Shown piece by piece: positions 52,501 to 64,000 of a stretch of DNA of 64,000 nucleotides. The stretch lies in assembly GCA_964252035.1 (NCBI GenBank), contig OZ176204.1. One strand, given 5' to 3'. Both the position numbers and the translations under genes were made by a program. The stretch comes from Podarcis erhardii. Lineage: Eukaryota. Numbering within the stretch: the first letter of the stretch is position 1; every line of letters begins with the position of its first letter. The notes below the pieces were generated by a model. That model was not told the origin of the DNA and searched no databases. It was given only the letters and a program-made list of their open reading frames with translations.

Positions 52501-55500
52501 GGCTTAAAGGTTGTCCCATACATCAAAGGAATGTTCAAGTCTTATGTGAAGTATCAAGCCCAAAGAACCATTCTGAGGGCTCTATGTCCTGTTTTTATTA
52601 GAATTCATTTTCTACCCTTATTTTACAACAGATTTTACATTTACTAAAATGATATATTCAGAATAGTTTTTTAAAAAATTAATGTGCCATGCCACAATGT
52701 TGTCAATGCCCAATCAATATTTCAAGATTTATAATATTCGCATACAGCCATATTACTAACAGTCACCCTGGAAGCCATTAAGGTGTTTAGAAAATTGAAC
52801 CTTGAACAGTAAATCACTGTTATTACATTACTTACATTGCTGTGAATGGCTCTATTTGCAGCCTCTTGAGCATGTATGTGTGTATGCATGTATTTCTTCT
52901 ATATGAAAATAAGAAACAGCCTTAAGCCTTAGCATATGAAATGGTTCATGTTCTTCTTCAGCAATTGACCTAATATCTGCTTGTGTTACATGAATGAATG
53001 AAAAAGGTTCAGTTCTTCAGAAGTTTTTTGGTTAGGGGTTTCCAAATCTACTGAAAATCTGCCTTAATGGACAGTGAAATCAGTGTTGTAAGTATATTTC
53101 TTGTTAACCATTTAAAATATATATTTGCAGAAATCAAGCCAATAGATCTGTAAGACAGTTTATCACAGAGTCACTGGGCTGGCGCAGACCACAGGTGATC
53201 AAGTTCAAGTTTCCATTCAGAGAGGGGATTATTGGAGAAAATACAAGTTGCAAAAAGGTTTATAAGTTAAACTGTCTGCTACAGGTTTTGGAAATAAAAG
53301 CTTAGCAAAAGCAGGTGGGTGGGCATTGGGTCTCACCTAACCCAAATATTCCAAGGTCATCAGCATCAGCCTTCCACCACAAGGTTAGACACTTCCATAT
53401 ACTAAGCCCCTTCCTTCAGCTCCTCAGATTAACATTCATAATCCAATTTTAGGTATGTCATAAGTAGTTAGCCAATAAATACACTTTCATTCACAGCTGT
53501 GCAAATAGATATTGATGAATCAAGCAACTGAGCAAAGCCACATTGACAAAAGTCTCAAAACATCACGAAAGAACAGTTACCGATTCCAAATGCAGCACAC
53601 ATTCATACCCAGAGCACGAATCATGAAGGCCCAATTTAAACAATACTTATTCTACACACACACACTTTTCTATATGTGCCAAGCCTGGTAGCAGGTTTTG
53701 GCCTCACATACCATTGTTGTGCCTCCCTCTCTCCCGGCAAGTTATAAATGGTAACACACAAACCAGATCAGTGAAGACCTCTTGTTTAAATAAATGGGGC
53801 ATATCAACTTTGCTTGTTTCATATCCTACATCAATTCCTGGATAGTGATAGTGACCACATGCTTTGTGTGGAGGTGCCCTTAAACATGCCTTGGAAACTG
53901 CAATTGGTATGAAACATGGCTGTTAGACTGTTATATGGTGCATTGAGTTAGAGTCATATAACAATGTTCTGTTCTGAACTGAAGGTGCTATGAAGTCCTT
54001 AACAACTTGGAAAATTGATAACTGAAGAAACACCTCTCTCAATACTGTCCTATCCAAGCAATGGTCTTTTCAGGGGCACCCCATATTTGAATGTTACATA
54101 TGATATGGTTACAGAGGAAAGGGCTTTTTCTGTACTGGCACCTCACTTATAGAATTTTCTCCCCACTGAGAGCCACCTGGCAGCAATCTTGCCTTCATTT
54201 TGGCACCATGTTAAAACTCCCAATTTTACTTCTTAGATGTGTGGTTTGCATGGTCTACTTTGAAGACAGCAGATGAAAAGCCTTTCACTGTAAAAGTTCT
54301 AAATGAAAATCCATTGCTATCTGGGCTTTGTATTTTAAACCTGTTACTTAATCATACTGTTTAAAGGAGGAGAAAAATAATGTTGTCCTACTGTACTATT
54401 TTCGACAAAAAAGTCGAATCATTATGACATAATTTCTGCATGATTTCTGCAGAGGTTACACACTGTAAAATATTATATTGAAACCTCAGGGTAAGCAAGA
54501 GAGGACACTACTGAACTGAAGAAGAAAAAACTTCATTGGAAAGTTCTTTTTGCTGAAGAAAGCATTCTGAAATAGCTCTGAACCACTAATGTTCGAAACA
54601 ATCATTTTTATGTTGTGTGTTCAACAGTGCAGAAAGAATTAAGACCAATACGTGTTGAATTTTATTGCTGTGTTGTATATTGTTACACATCTGAAGTACA
54701 TTGCCTTTGAAACTGTGGGGGAGAAAACATATTTAACTTTTCTCTCCCATTTTAGTACATTTGTATTTTTAAAGTTTATACCAATGTCAAATTTTAACCT
54801 CGGTATTCATGTAAAGAGCTTTTGAGGAAGGCAGTATGCTTTCTGCATGTATTCATTCACCTATATACATGTAATTATATAGAACATATTCTAAATATAT
54901 ATAATATATAAGCAAGAAATACCTTCCATGCATGATTCTGCCATTTAATGAACACAAATTCCAGCTGCTAACTGATTAAATGATGACCTAACAAAAATCA
55001 GTTACTCTTTAGTGATCTTTTACCATCCTTGCACACATATATTTCCTGCAATCAAGTTCTTAGCCTTTGGATTGTTTGTTTTGAATTAACATAGCAATCA
55101 CTCTCTGTCGCTGTCTTTCAGTCCATAGCAAGCTAATGCTATATGAAGACAGGTGATACAAAGATGATTCAAAAATAGCCTAACCTAGTAGCAATATTTA
55201 TAAACCAGCTCATTATCTTATTCCTTGTGAATAGCTTATTTTTCCTACTGGAATGCCCCACTGCAGACATATCCCATATGACTGAAGGTGTTAAAAGTAT
55301 CAAAAAGCGAAGGCCAGTATAAGGGTATTTTATTCCAGTACTGTTTTTCATGTTCATAACGTTCACATATCCATGGATACTCAAGAATGAGAGCAGAGAT
55401 GTCATGGAGATAAAGTTAAACAAATATTTTCAACAGTAGTTACGAAGAAGGAGAAAGTAGCAAGATTATTAGGTCAAAACAGAAAAGGGAGTGAAAGGTT

Positions 55501-56963
55501 TAATTACCTGGATAAAATGCTACCTTTCTAAATGGGACAATATATATACCATGCAGATAAGATATTAAGGTAACATAAGCTGATCAGAAAGAATTAAAAG
55601 TACAGCTGACTTCATTTGGATTTTGGAGGTTAGACCATAGGAGACAGTGTGGTGCTAATGATGATGGCATTTGTAGTAATAAAATACAATATCTTTCATT
55701 AGTTTTGCATACTTTTTGAATGCCCCATGTACACTGGAGGTCCAAATGTCCCAAGAGTTGGCAAAGCTACGCTATCAAATGGCCTACATTGGATGTAACA
55801 CTGAAATATGCTTTATGTGAACATGCAGAAGCAAGCCTTTGGGTTGGCCATTTCCCCTTAGCATTGATTTGAAGGATGCTGGAAACATCCACTTCCCAGT
55901 TTAAACTATTGTTGTGCTCAAACCTGCAGGAAAATGTAATTAGTTTAAGACACCCTTCCCTAAGCTGGTGCCCCAAGTAGCATGTCAAATGCTCAGAGAT
56001 TATGGGAGCTGTAGTCCAAAACATATCAAGGGCACCAGGTCGGGGAGGTCAAACAAGTCAAAATTAAACTGTGGTTTATGGTCATGGCTTGTTAACAAGC
56101 TATGATTTTGCATTATATCTGAAACAGGGTTAATACCTGATGTCTCTGCCCATGGTCTCCACATACGAATTAGCTCTGCACACACAATGGGAACAGTGTT
56201 TTTTAAAGAAAATAAAGTTAAGAATTTTAATTTTGGATCCAGTCATAAATGCCTGACTCATGGAGTCTGTTGTACATTTCTAAGTATCCCTGAGCCCAAG
56301 AACAAAGCAATATTGACTTAAATACATATTTTAAGGATTGAACTTTTGGGCTTCAATCCTATACTACCTTACGTAGAAGTGGTAAGCCCCATCACAGTTA
56401 CCTCTGCGTAGGCATGTATATGTTTACACTGTCAGATGGCAAAAGAAGTATTAGAGAAGAGACACTGAAGCTAAATTTAAACATTGTTCATCTTAAATCA
56501 AATACTTCCAACTTTGTTTTATTGTTATGGAATACTTGGGTCCATGTACTAAATAATTATATATTTTCATAATCTTTGTATATATCCCAACATGTATAAA
56601 TAGGTAGGTGAAAGGTAAGGAGTTTTGTATCACAGAAGCAGCTAGGAACAACATGACTAAGCAGTTGAGTTTAAGTTTCCATTCTGTAGAAGTATAAACT
56701 TTTTTCTTTCAGCAATCAGGTCTCATTAATTCACAAGGTTTTCAGAGAACTACTTGTTTTTTAAAATGATCAAAAAAATAAACCATGCATTAAAAAAATA
56801 TGAACCACACAGATTTAACACTAAAGGAAACACCACAAGGCATTCACAATGACAGGGCCTTCCTCCATAGACAATACAGCCAGTTTTGCAATTCTGGTGG
56901 TCAGATCAGAGGAAAATGTTAATTTAATATAACAGAAGTATCATAGTTGTTATTTATACTAAC

Positions 56964-57121
56964 CTGTATTTTGATTGGCCATGAAAAGTTGCTGACATAT
57001 ACATAGAAAGTGATGTTTGGGTTGCTCCGAAAGTTGAATTTTTCACAGGAAAAACTATCTCTGTATTCCTTTATATTAGCCCTTGAAACTACAGGAATCT
57101 CTTCTCCTGATATCGTTCCAG
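56964..57121 (-). CDS. ATRNL1: ATRNL1 coding exon (158 nt): AGTISGEEIPVVSRANIKEYRDSFSCEKFNFRSNPNITFYVYVSNFSWPIKIQ
   Basis: Acceptor ...tactctcatag, donor CAG|gttagt. Phase 1 to 0, in frame with neighbouring exons. Confidence 0.96.
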
Positions 57122-58961
57122 CTATGAGAGTACATAAAAATAATGAAAAGCAAGCCCATTAAAAAAAAAATAATTAGCTTGTAGTCCATTCCATCTCAAG
57201 GACACACATGGTGGGGCACAACAATAAAACTAACAGGTATCTAGATATCCATTACTATAACAAAACTGTAGACGGAAACAAATTTAAATTCCTCAAAGCT
57301 GCTTAATTCCACCCAGTCCAAGGAAGGAGAAACAGTTTCAGAAAATGCACATTCAGCCTTGGATGAATATTCAGGAGAAAAGAACACTGAATTGTGCTGG
57401 ACAGAGTTCCTTTCTGCATACTTTGCTGCTTGAATCAAGCACACAGTTCATATGATCAAGACAGCACACTGGATTCATCTTTAAAATTATGATGGAATAT
57501 TATGGGGAAAGATCTCTAAAGTATAACATCTCTATAAGTGACTTCTATACATTTTCAAAAATGGCATGAGGAATATAAAACAAACATTTATACATATATC
57601 CTTTATATACTAGCAAAGATTATGAATAGTTGTTCAGATATTATGAATGATTAATGAAACATAAAATGGATTTGAAAGTTATATCAACTTTATCCCATTT
57701 CACCACACAGCTAATACAGTTTCCTCAAGTTACACTAAAATTGAATAAGTTATTCAAGTGTGTAAAAAATGTATTTTTCTTGATTGTGAAATATTACTTT
57801 AGTATCTCAACTATTCTTAGGACATCTCATATTCAACTTATTCCATTTGTAAGACATGAGAATCTTCAGCAATTCTGTTTGATCTGTAAATTGCTGAGCT
57901 GGTAAAAAGAAACAAAAGATCCCCCCCCCAAAGTAGGGGATTTCAAGCAACAATGAAGTAAAAGTAAAAGAAACTACACCTCAAAGAAAGTATTATTAAT
58001 TGGGAAACACACATTTGATAGCAAACAAGATACTGCCTCTAATATGCAGAGTACAGTGTGGGGTGGAGGCTGCAGGAAGAACAGCAGGGGGGGGCATTTG
58101 TCATTTTGCTTCTGTAAGTATTCTCCAGACTCGTGGAGGGGAAAGTACTGGGGAGAAAGAAGCTGGAACAAAGGATTTCAGTGGGAAATGGGTGAATGAA
58201 TGTATTAAGCTCCCCTTCCCATGCTGCTTCTCCCTTCAAGTGACCACCCACACTCACTTTCATTGCTGGAAGTAATCATGAGAATGAAAATTCCATTTTT
58301 ACCATGCATCTAGTTCCACACTAAACAGAACTAAGATTCAACAATGTACACTTTCAAAATCTGGAGTGGGAGTCCCATATTCTGCTTCACCAGTAAATGT
58401 TTGCATAGTAAATCATCCCTCAGTTTACTTAACAGTGTGTAGAGGGATGTGAATATGTGCTGCAGCACAACTCTCAATTTCTCTATGTGCAGTGCAACCC
58501 CAAAACTGCACTTATTTAGTGCAAAGGTCTGAAAGGGTCTTGTAAACATATTTGCAAGCCTCCTTACAGTTAGGAACAATGCCTGATTATGAGGAGGCTT
58601 CTTAAGTACATAAGGTAAATGTGATTGAAAGCTGCCCTCGGACCTTCATGCTAAACATGCAAAAGTCAGGCTTGAGGGGGTATAACTAGTAACAGAGGTC
58701 AGACCTACAGCTGTGCCCCAGTTTTCTGCAAATTTTCACCCTTGCATTTGCAGGATGAATACCTGAAGAGGATTTGTGTCACTGTATTTTTTACATGTTT
58801 AAACACAGACACACAAACACACACACGGACTAACTGAAGGACAAGGATGCAATGACAGGTCTCTTAGTGCTAGTTTTATGCAGTAATGAAACTTTGTCTC
58901 ATTTTACTGAAAATCACAAAAAATTCTTTAGGGACCAGTACAGTTTGACTGCCCATGGCAC

Positions 58962-59108
58962 CAGTGGCGTAGCATGGCTTGTCAGCACCCGGGGCAAGGC
59001 AAGTAATTTGCGCCCCCTAACCCGTGGATTTGCGCCCCCTAACCCTAACCCCCAGATGTTGTGCCTGGTGCGGCCGGCCCCCCCTGCACCCCCCACGCTA
59101 CGCCACTG
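58962..59108. mobile_element. hAT-type MITE with CAGTGGCGTAGC TIRs
   Basis: 12-bp perfect TIRs and a perfect 8-bp TSD CATGGCAC at 58954-58961 and 59109-59116. Confidence 0.9.
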
Positions 59109-60050
59109 CATGGCACCATCTCTTGCCTCCCTATTAGCCCCTTGAACTATTAACATCAAGTTCTTCCTATTCAGCAGTTTGTGGTAGTGCACCTAGGTAT
59201 GACACACAATCTGCAATGCTAGCACAGATCTCAGAAGAACAGGGAGTGCAGGTCTGCAAAATACATAGATATACAGTGGATACACAATGTGGAGCTACAC
59301 CTGGCTGCAATTCATCAGTGTGTGTACACCATATGTTCACAAATGTGCATCTCTCTTTCAAATGTTGCGGTGTTCCACAGGTAAAACCATAATTGACACC
59401 TGGAGAAACAGATCTGTCACATAAAGTGTGAAGCGCCTCCTGTTCTTAACCATTCTGCATAATTAATTAAAAATGCAATCAATGGTGCTCTCCTTGGATA
59501 TATTTTCAGAAAGTCAACAGAACCAATTCAAAGAAACTTTCTAAACAAAGCTTTTTATTAAAGCCAATGGAGAAACTGGGTTCAAAAGTTTGAAAAAAAA
59601 GATAAGCAGGTTCTTTTATCAGCACACACAGAAGGATTTTATTGTTTGATATCAACGTTAAGGTTAATAATTAAATTCCAGGCTTGAACACTGAAACAAA
59701 GAAATTAAAATCTCAGTCTCTGCAGTAGTTAAGAAAGTAATTTATCTTAATTAAAATCACTGCGTTCATAACACTGCGATTCTAAAAATTTAAAGAGCAT
59801 ACAAGGTTTTGCTACCCAAGTAATTTTAATTGAATAGGGAAGAAAGTTAACATGTTAATGAACCTTTATTCAGATTGCAAATTATCTGAGTTTTAAGTAA
59901 TATCATTAATAATAGCATAATGAGAATGGAAAAAGAATACATTTTATTAAGCTTTACTAATAAGAAACAAAAAGGCAATCATGTAAATATAGTTAGATGA
60001 TAAGTACTTGAGGGAATATGGAAGTAGAAATACATTATGGGCTTTCTTAC

Positions 60051-60129
60051 CTGTAGAGCCAATTGACCAAGTGATATTCAGGTTGAAGTTGTTTGATGCA
60101 TTAATTGATATGTCCAAATTTTTGTTTGA
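60051..60129 (-). CDS. ATRNL1: ATRNL1 coding exon (79 nt): SNKNLDISINASNNFNLNITWSIGST
   Basis: Acceptor ...aatttttttag, donor CAG|gtaaga. Phase 0 to 1. SNKNLDISINAS matches ATRNL1 rather than ATRN (QNRDLDMFINAS, from memory). Confidence 0.96.
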
Positions 60130-60370
60130 CTAAAAAAATTAAAAAGAAAATATGAAAATTACATAAGACTATTGCTTAAACAAGAAATGACCTTATTTCA
60201 ACTACAGGTGTTCAAACATATGCCCTGATCTTAAACACACTGGGCATGCTCCACTGACGTAGTTTTTCACATGCTACAAGGCCTTCGTCCTCTACAGCTG
60301 ATGACAGTGAAGGCCTCCATGAACTTGCAAAACTGCCATAGCTAATAACGGAAGCTCTTTGTGCATGTTA

Positions 60371-60552
60371 CCGTATTTACTAGAGTCTAATGCACCATCG
60401 AATCTAATGCACACCTCAATTTTCGGAACCTTGAAACAAAAAAAAAAGTATTTGCCGGTGAATGTAAATGTTCTATCAAACCTAAGGCGCATCTTAATAT
60501 TCATAACATAATTTGGCCAAAAAAATAGAGCATTAGATTTGAGTAAATACGG
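60371..60552. mobile_element. Tc2/pogo-type MITE
   Basis: TA-CCGTATTTACT ... AGTAAATACGG-TA. Confidence 0.85.
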
Positions 60553-60651
60553 TAGTTTCTGGAGTGCAATCACTACTGATTTCAAGGGGCTTCCCATTGA
60601 TTTGCTAATGGACAATTCCCCACAGCCACCAAAAAAGCTGTTCTTCTAGAG

Positions 60652-60787
60652 CAGGCTTCCTCAAACTCAGCCTTCCAGATGTTTTGAGACTACAATTCCC
60701 AGCATCCCTGACCACTGGTCCTGCTAGCTAGGGATCAAGGGAGTTGTAGGGCAAAAACATATGGCAGGCCGAGTTTGAGGAAGCCTG
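60652..60787. mobile_element. 136-bp hAT (Charlie-like) MITE
   Basis: TIR CAGGCTTCCTCAAACTC / GAGTTTGAGGAAGCCTG and a perfect TSD TTCTAGAG. Confidence 0.92.
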
Positions 60788-61132
60788 TTCTAGAGAAAGT
60801 AGGCTGCTTATCATCAATACCAGAAGAAAGGAGTAGTAGTACCTTCCCTGCCCTTGCTAGTGAAGCTGTAGGGTTGTAGGAAATGGCTGATTACATCAGC
60901 ATATTAGCTAATAAACTCAGGAATATTTAACTGAAAAGGAATATATCCAAGAGAATATAAGACTAACAATCTATCCATTTCACATGATAATATAAAATTG
61001 AACTTGAAATTTTATTTATAAGATTCAATGAAATTAACATGGACCCAAATGTTTTCCTATATTTTTTAGCTATAGTAAAGTCCAAATTAGTTGTTTTCTC
61101 AAGCAAGATTTCAGATTCACACCGTAGAAGAA

Positions 61133-61219
61133 GGTTGCAATCCTATACACACTTACCTGGGAGTAAGTCCAACTGAAGTCAATGAGCTTACTTCTAAGCA
61201 GATATGCATAGGATTGCAC
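61133..61219. repeat. ~85-bp hairpin-like interspersed repeat (TGCAATCCTA...TAGGATTGCA)
   Basis: 10-bp terminal inverted repeat. Related decayed copies at ~62062-62153, ~56352-56430 and ~11611-11640. Confidence 0.7.
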
Positions 61220-62569
61220 GGTAATTTGGTTAATTCAGAATTAAGGTGTGGAGCACCTCTTCAAATTGCATGCTCCTGAGAAATAAAAGCTCAGCCATCA
61301 ATGTCAATAGCTCTACAAAAAGGCATCTAAATTGCTACTATATTTGTAAAGTATGTGATATTATTAGGAAAAATGCTACGAACTGCAGCATTCCCATCTC
61401 ACAGCCACACAAGATATGTTTCAAGTTAATGTGTTGCTGATGAGTGTTTTCAGAGCAGAATTATTGCACTTCTCAGATCTGCTAAAGCATAAGGAATAAT
61501 TTTACATTAACTCTGCATAGAGCTAGTGTCATTGCATAGTTAAAGGTTTTTAAATTTATCATGTAGTTATTAACAATATTTTTATACTGCCCATTAACAA
61601 ACATTTATCTGCAGTACACACAAAATAGTCAAAATAAGAATACAGCTTGAACATAAAAATGAGTATCAGAATATAAGCAGGATAAAACCAGCAACAGTAA
61701 AAACAGTAGTTTCCAAGGTCTAAAAAGCAAGAAACTTGTTTCTAAAACTGAAAAATCTGGGACATATAGTCTACACCAGCTCCCAAAAAGTCTACAGTGT
61801 AAGCACCAGGTTAGCATTTCCATCAGTGAGAAGCCCTCTCCCTAATGGCTACCACCTAACTTCACTGGTAGAGATACCTGGAGAAGGAACTCTGAAAATG
61901 AACTTCAAGTCTTGAGAAGTATATATGGGTATCCTGGCTTTTAAAACAGCAACACTTTAAATATGGAATGAACACACACAAACACACACTTTATTTAACT
62001 TCTATAAACATCTGCCCTATCCACTGCCTTGTCCAAGAAAAAATAAATATTTTTCACACCTTACAGTACTATCCTAACCACGTCTACTAAGACATTAGTC
62101 CTACTGAATTCAATAGGGCTTACTCCCAAGTAGGTGGGGCAAGGATTGCAGCCTTAACAAGGGATTAATTGCAGTGACAAGCAGCTATTCATCCGCATAC
62201 AAGTGAGGAGGCACTGTGATATGCTCCACTGCAGAAAGACTGAAGCTAGCCAGCAACCAGTATGAGAGCATTAAGAAACATTTGGGCATCTGCAGGAGTG
62301 AGACAACTTAATTTACATATGTGTGGAATGGAAATTGATTTGAGTCCTAATGGATGAGGATATATATTTTACTTCAAAATCTGAGTTCAGTTATTATTCA
62401 AAACCTGAAGAAACCACTTGTTTTCCCTGAACTGAAAGTTGTTTATTTCATCCCTTCTTACTACCTTTTAGTTCCTACAAACAGTTTTAGAAAACCACCA
62501 GATATAATGGATACCTAGTCTACGATCACTAAATAATCATATTAGAGGCAGTTACTTATATTAGCTCAC

Positions 62570-62664
62570 CTGTTCAGGATTTGCAATGAAGTTTATGGCA
62601 GTGTGATGGCGATCATCTTCTTGTAATAAGCTGAAGGTAAACTGATAGTCAATCAGTAAGCTGT
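62570..62664 (-). CDS. ATRNL1: ATRNL1 coding exon (95 nt): (Y)SLLIDYQFTFSLLQEDDRHHTAINFIANPEQ
   Basis: Minus strand: acceptor ...tgtccacag, donor CAG|gtgagc. Phase 1 to 0. Peptide recognised as the attractin-family region after the last EGF-like domain. Confidence 0.96.
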
Positions 62665-62715
62665 CTGTGGACAAAACATTTAGAAATTAGCAGATGAGAT
62701 TGTCTTATATTCAGA

Positions 62716-62810
62716 TATATCTGAAGAAGTGTGAATGCACACGAAAGCTTATAACCAGAACAAACTTAGTTGGTTTCTAAGGTGCTACTGGACAATTTGT
62801 TTGTTTATTT
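62716..62810 (+). mobile_element. Short Penelope pLTR remnant with a decayed hammerhead motif
   Basis: ATATCTGAAGAAGTGTGAATGCACACGAAAGCTTATAA...AGTTGGTTTCTAAGGTGCTACTGG aligns to 27611-27690. Confidence 0.8.
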
Positions 62811-64000
62811 AGTCATGAATATTGTACATGGTTCTTCACTTGATTTGTTTGTGCTTTTATAATGGAAATAATCCATTTTGACCAGAGACAGGTGTTCCAA
62901 CAGACTAACAAGTCCCTGGACTACAGCCCATGATTTTCATAATGTGGCACTGAACCAGTCTGCTAATTCCCCCCTAAAAGTTTATCAGTTAAAAGGGTCC
63001 TTTCCAGTGGTATTTGTAATGTTGCTGGAGGTTTTTTTTATATTGATGAGAGTGCTGGGGGGGTGTTGTTAAGTGGTCCACTGAGACCTGTCCCCCTGTA
63101 ATTTTTAAGTGGTTCAAGAAACCACAAAATTTGAGAAGCACTGCTCAATTAATACTGTATGATTGGAAGATCATGGAATTGACCTACAAATCTTTTCACC
63201 TTTCTGTGGTATTGCATTGGTCTGCTCAGTCCTTCTATCTCAAGCCACAGCATGGAAAGAAGCAAGTGGAATGCAACAGTACTATGGGTCAGAGTAAAAT
63301 ATTGCCAGATCTTTACCATGAATTCTATTTGAAAAATTTAAATACTCCTGTAAAGCTGTACTATGCAATATATCTGAGTCACACAGCACAAAGGTCCATG
63401 AATTCTAATCATGGTCATATCTTTTCTAATATAGTTTTGCATTTCAACTGTTATCATTCTTGGATAACAGTCCTGGCAGGAGTCCTAATTTGTCTTTGAT
63501 GTCATTATCCCCAAAACATGTTCTTGAACTTCTAGGACAGTGACAATTATCAGGAGAAAAAGACTTGCCACAAACCACTTAGCTATCATCCCATGTTGAC
63601 AAAATGTTCTTTAGAGTAAACTATTGTAACTGCGAGAAGAAATCAGTCATTCCCCCATTACTTTTGCATAGGAAGTACCGACCCACAGCAACAGCAGAAA
63701 TATCAAGATGATAACACAGAACCTATCCCACATAAAATGCAAGAGCACATAGTGTCTCCCCAACCACAATTCTACAGCTCACTAGTCAGGAGGCATACAT
63801 GTAGAAACCCTTAACAGAAAGGTTAAAGTACATCTGAATGTCAATGATTTGACAGAGAACACCCACAAATCACATTTCTATTGGTGCTTTAAACATACAC
63901 CACTCTTCACCCCCCCACCCATAACTAATGTTATGCTGATCTTGAGCATGGAATTGAGCCCTCAGTGAGCATATTCTTCTGACTAAACTGCACTCCTGTC

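Larger units (their letters stand above)
11197..56963 (-). other. ATRNL1: 45.8-kb ATRNL1 intron between the ...WPIKIQ exon and the IAFSQH... exon
   Basis: Bounded by the GT-AG sites of the two exons, both phase 0. No other attractin-like exon was seen in between. Confidence 0.88.

Noticed and set aside
1-64000. Prokaryotic-style systems (CRISPR arrays, operons, defence islands) and the many 60-120-aa ORFs in the track
   Set aside because: This is eukaryotic intronic DNA. No regularly spaced repeat-spacer array was seen, and the short ORFs outside TEs are at chance level.

Overview
Vertebrate nuclear DNA, most likely a squamate (lacertid-like lizard, inferred from the repeat content). The window lies inside ATRNL1 (attractin-like 1) on the minus strand. 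Four coding exons are visible (62570-62664, 60051-60129, 56964-57121, 11135-11196). They have canonical splice sites, stay in frame, and encode the juxtamembrane region and the start of the TM helix. The 45.8-kb intron holds a nested retroelement stack (21921-34891): an L2 is split by a two-ended L1, which is itself hit by a 3-kb L1, a Penelope element and a 0.5-kb L1 3' end. The four nested insertions each have their own TSD. A separate 1.85-kb TSD-flanked non-autonomous L1-like element (44183-46033) carries an intact 191-aa ORF. There are also many MITEs, SINE and L2 fragments. Most notable observations: (1) the first ~280 nt of the two diverged L1-type 5' ends fold into the same multi-branched RNA structure, with about a dozen compensatory base-pair changes; (2) the short L1-like retroposon with its ORF; (3) a Penelope insertion forming an apparently perfect 610-bp inverted repeat with two minimal hammerhead ribozymes. 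All of this was read by eye, and no searches or folding programs were run.
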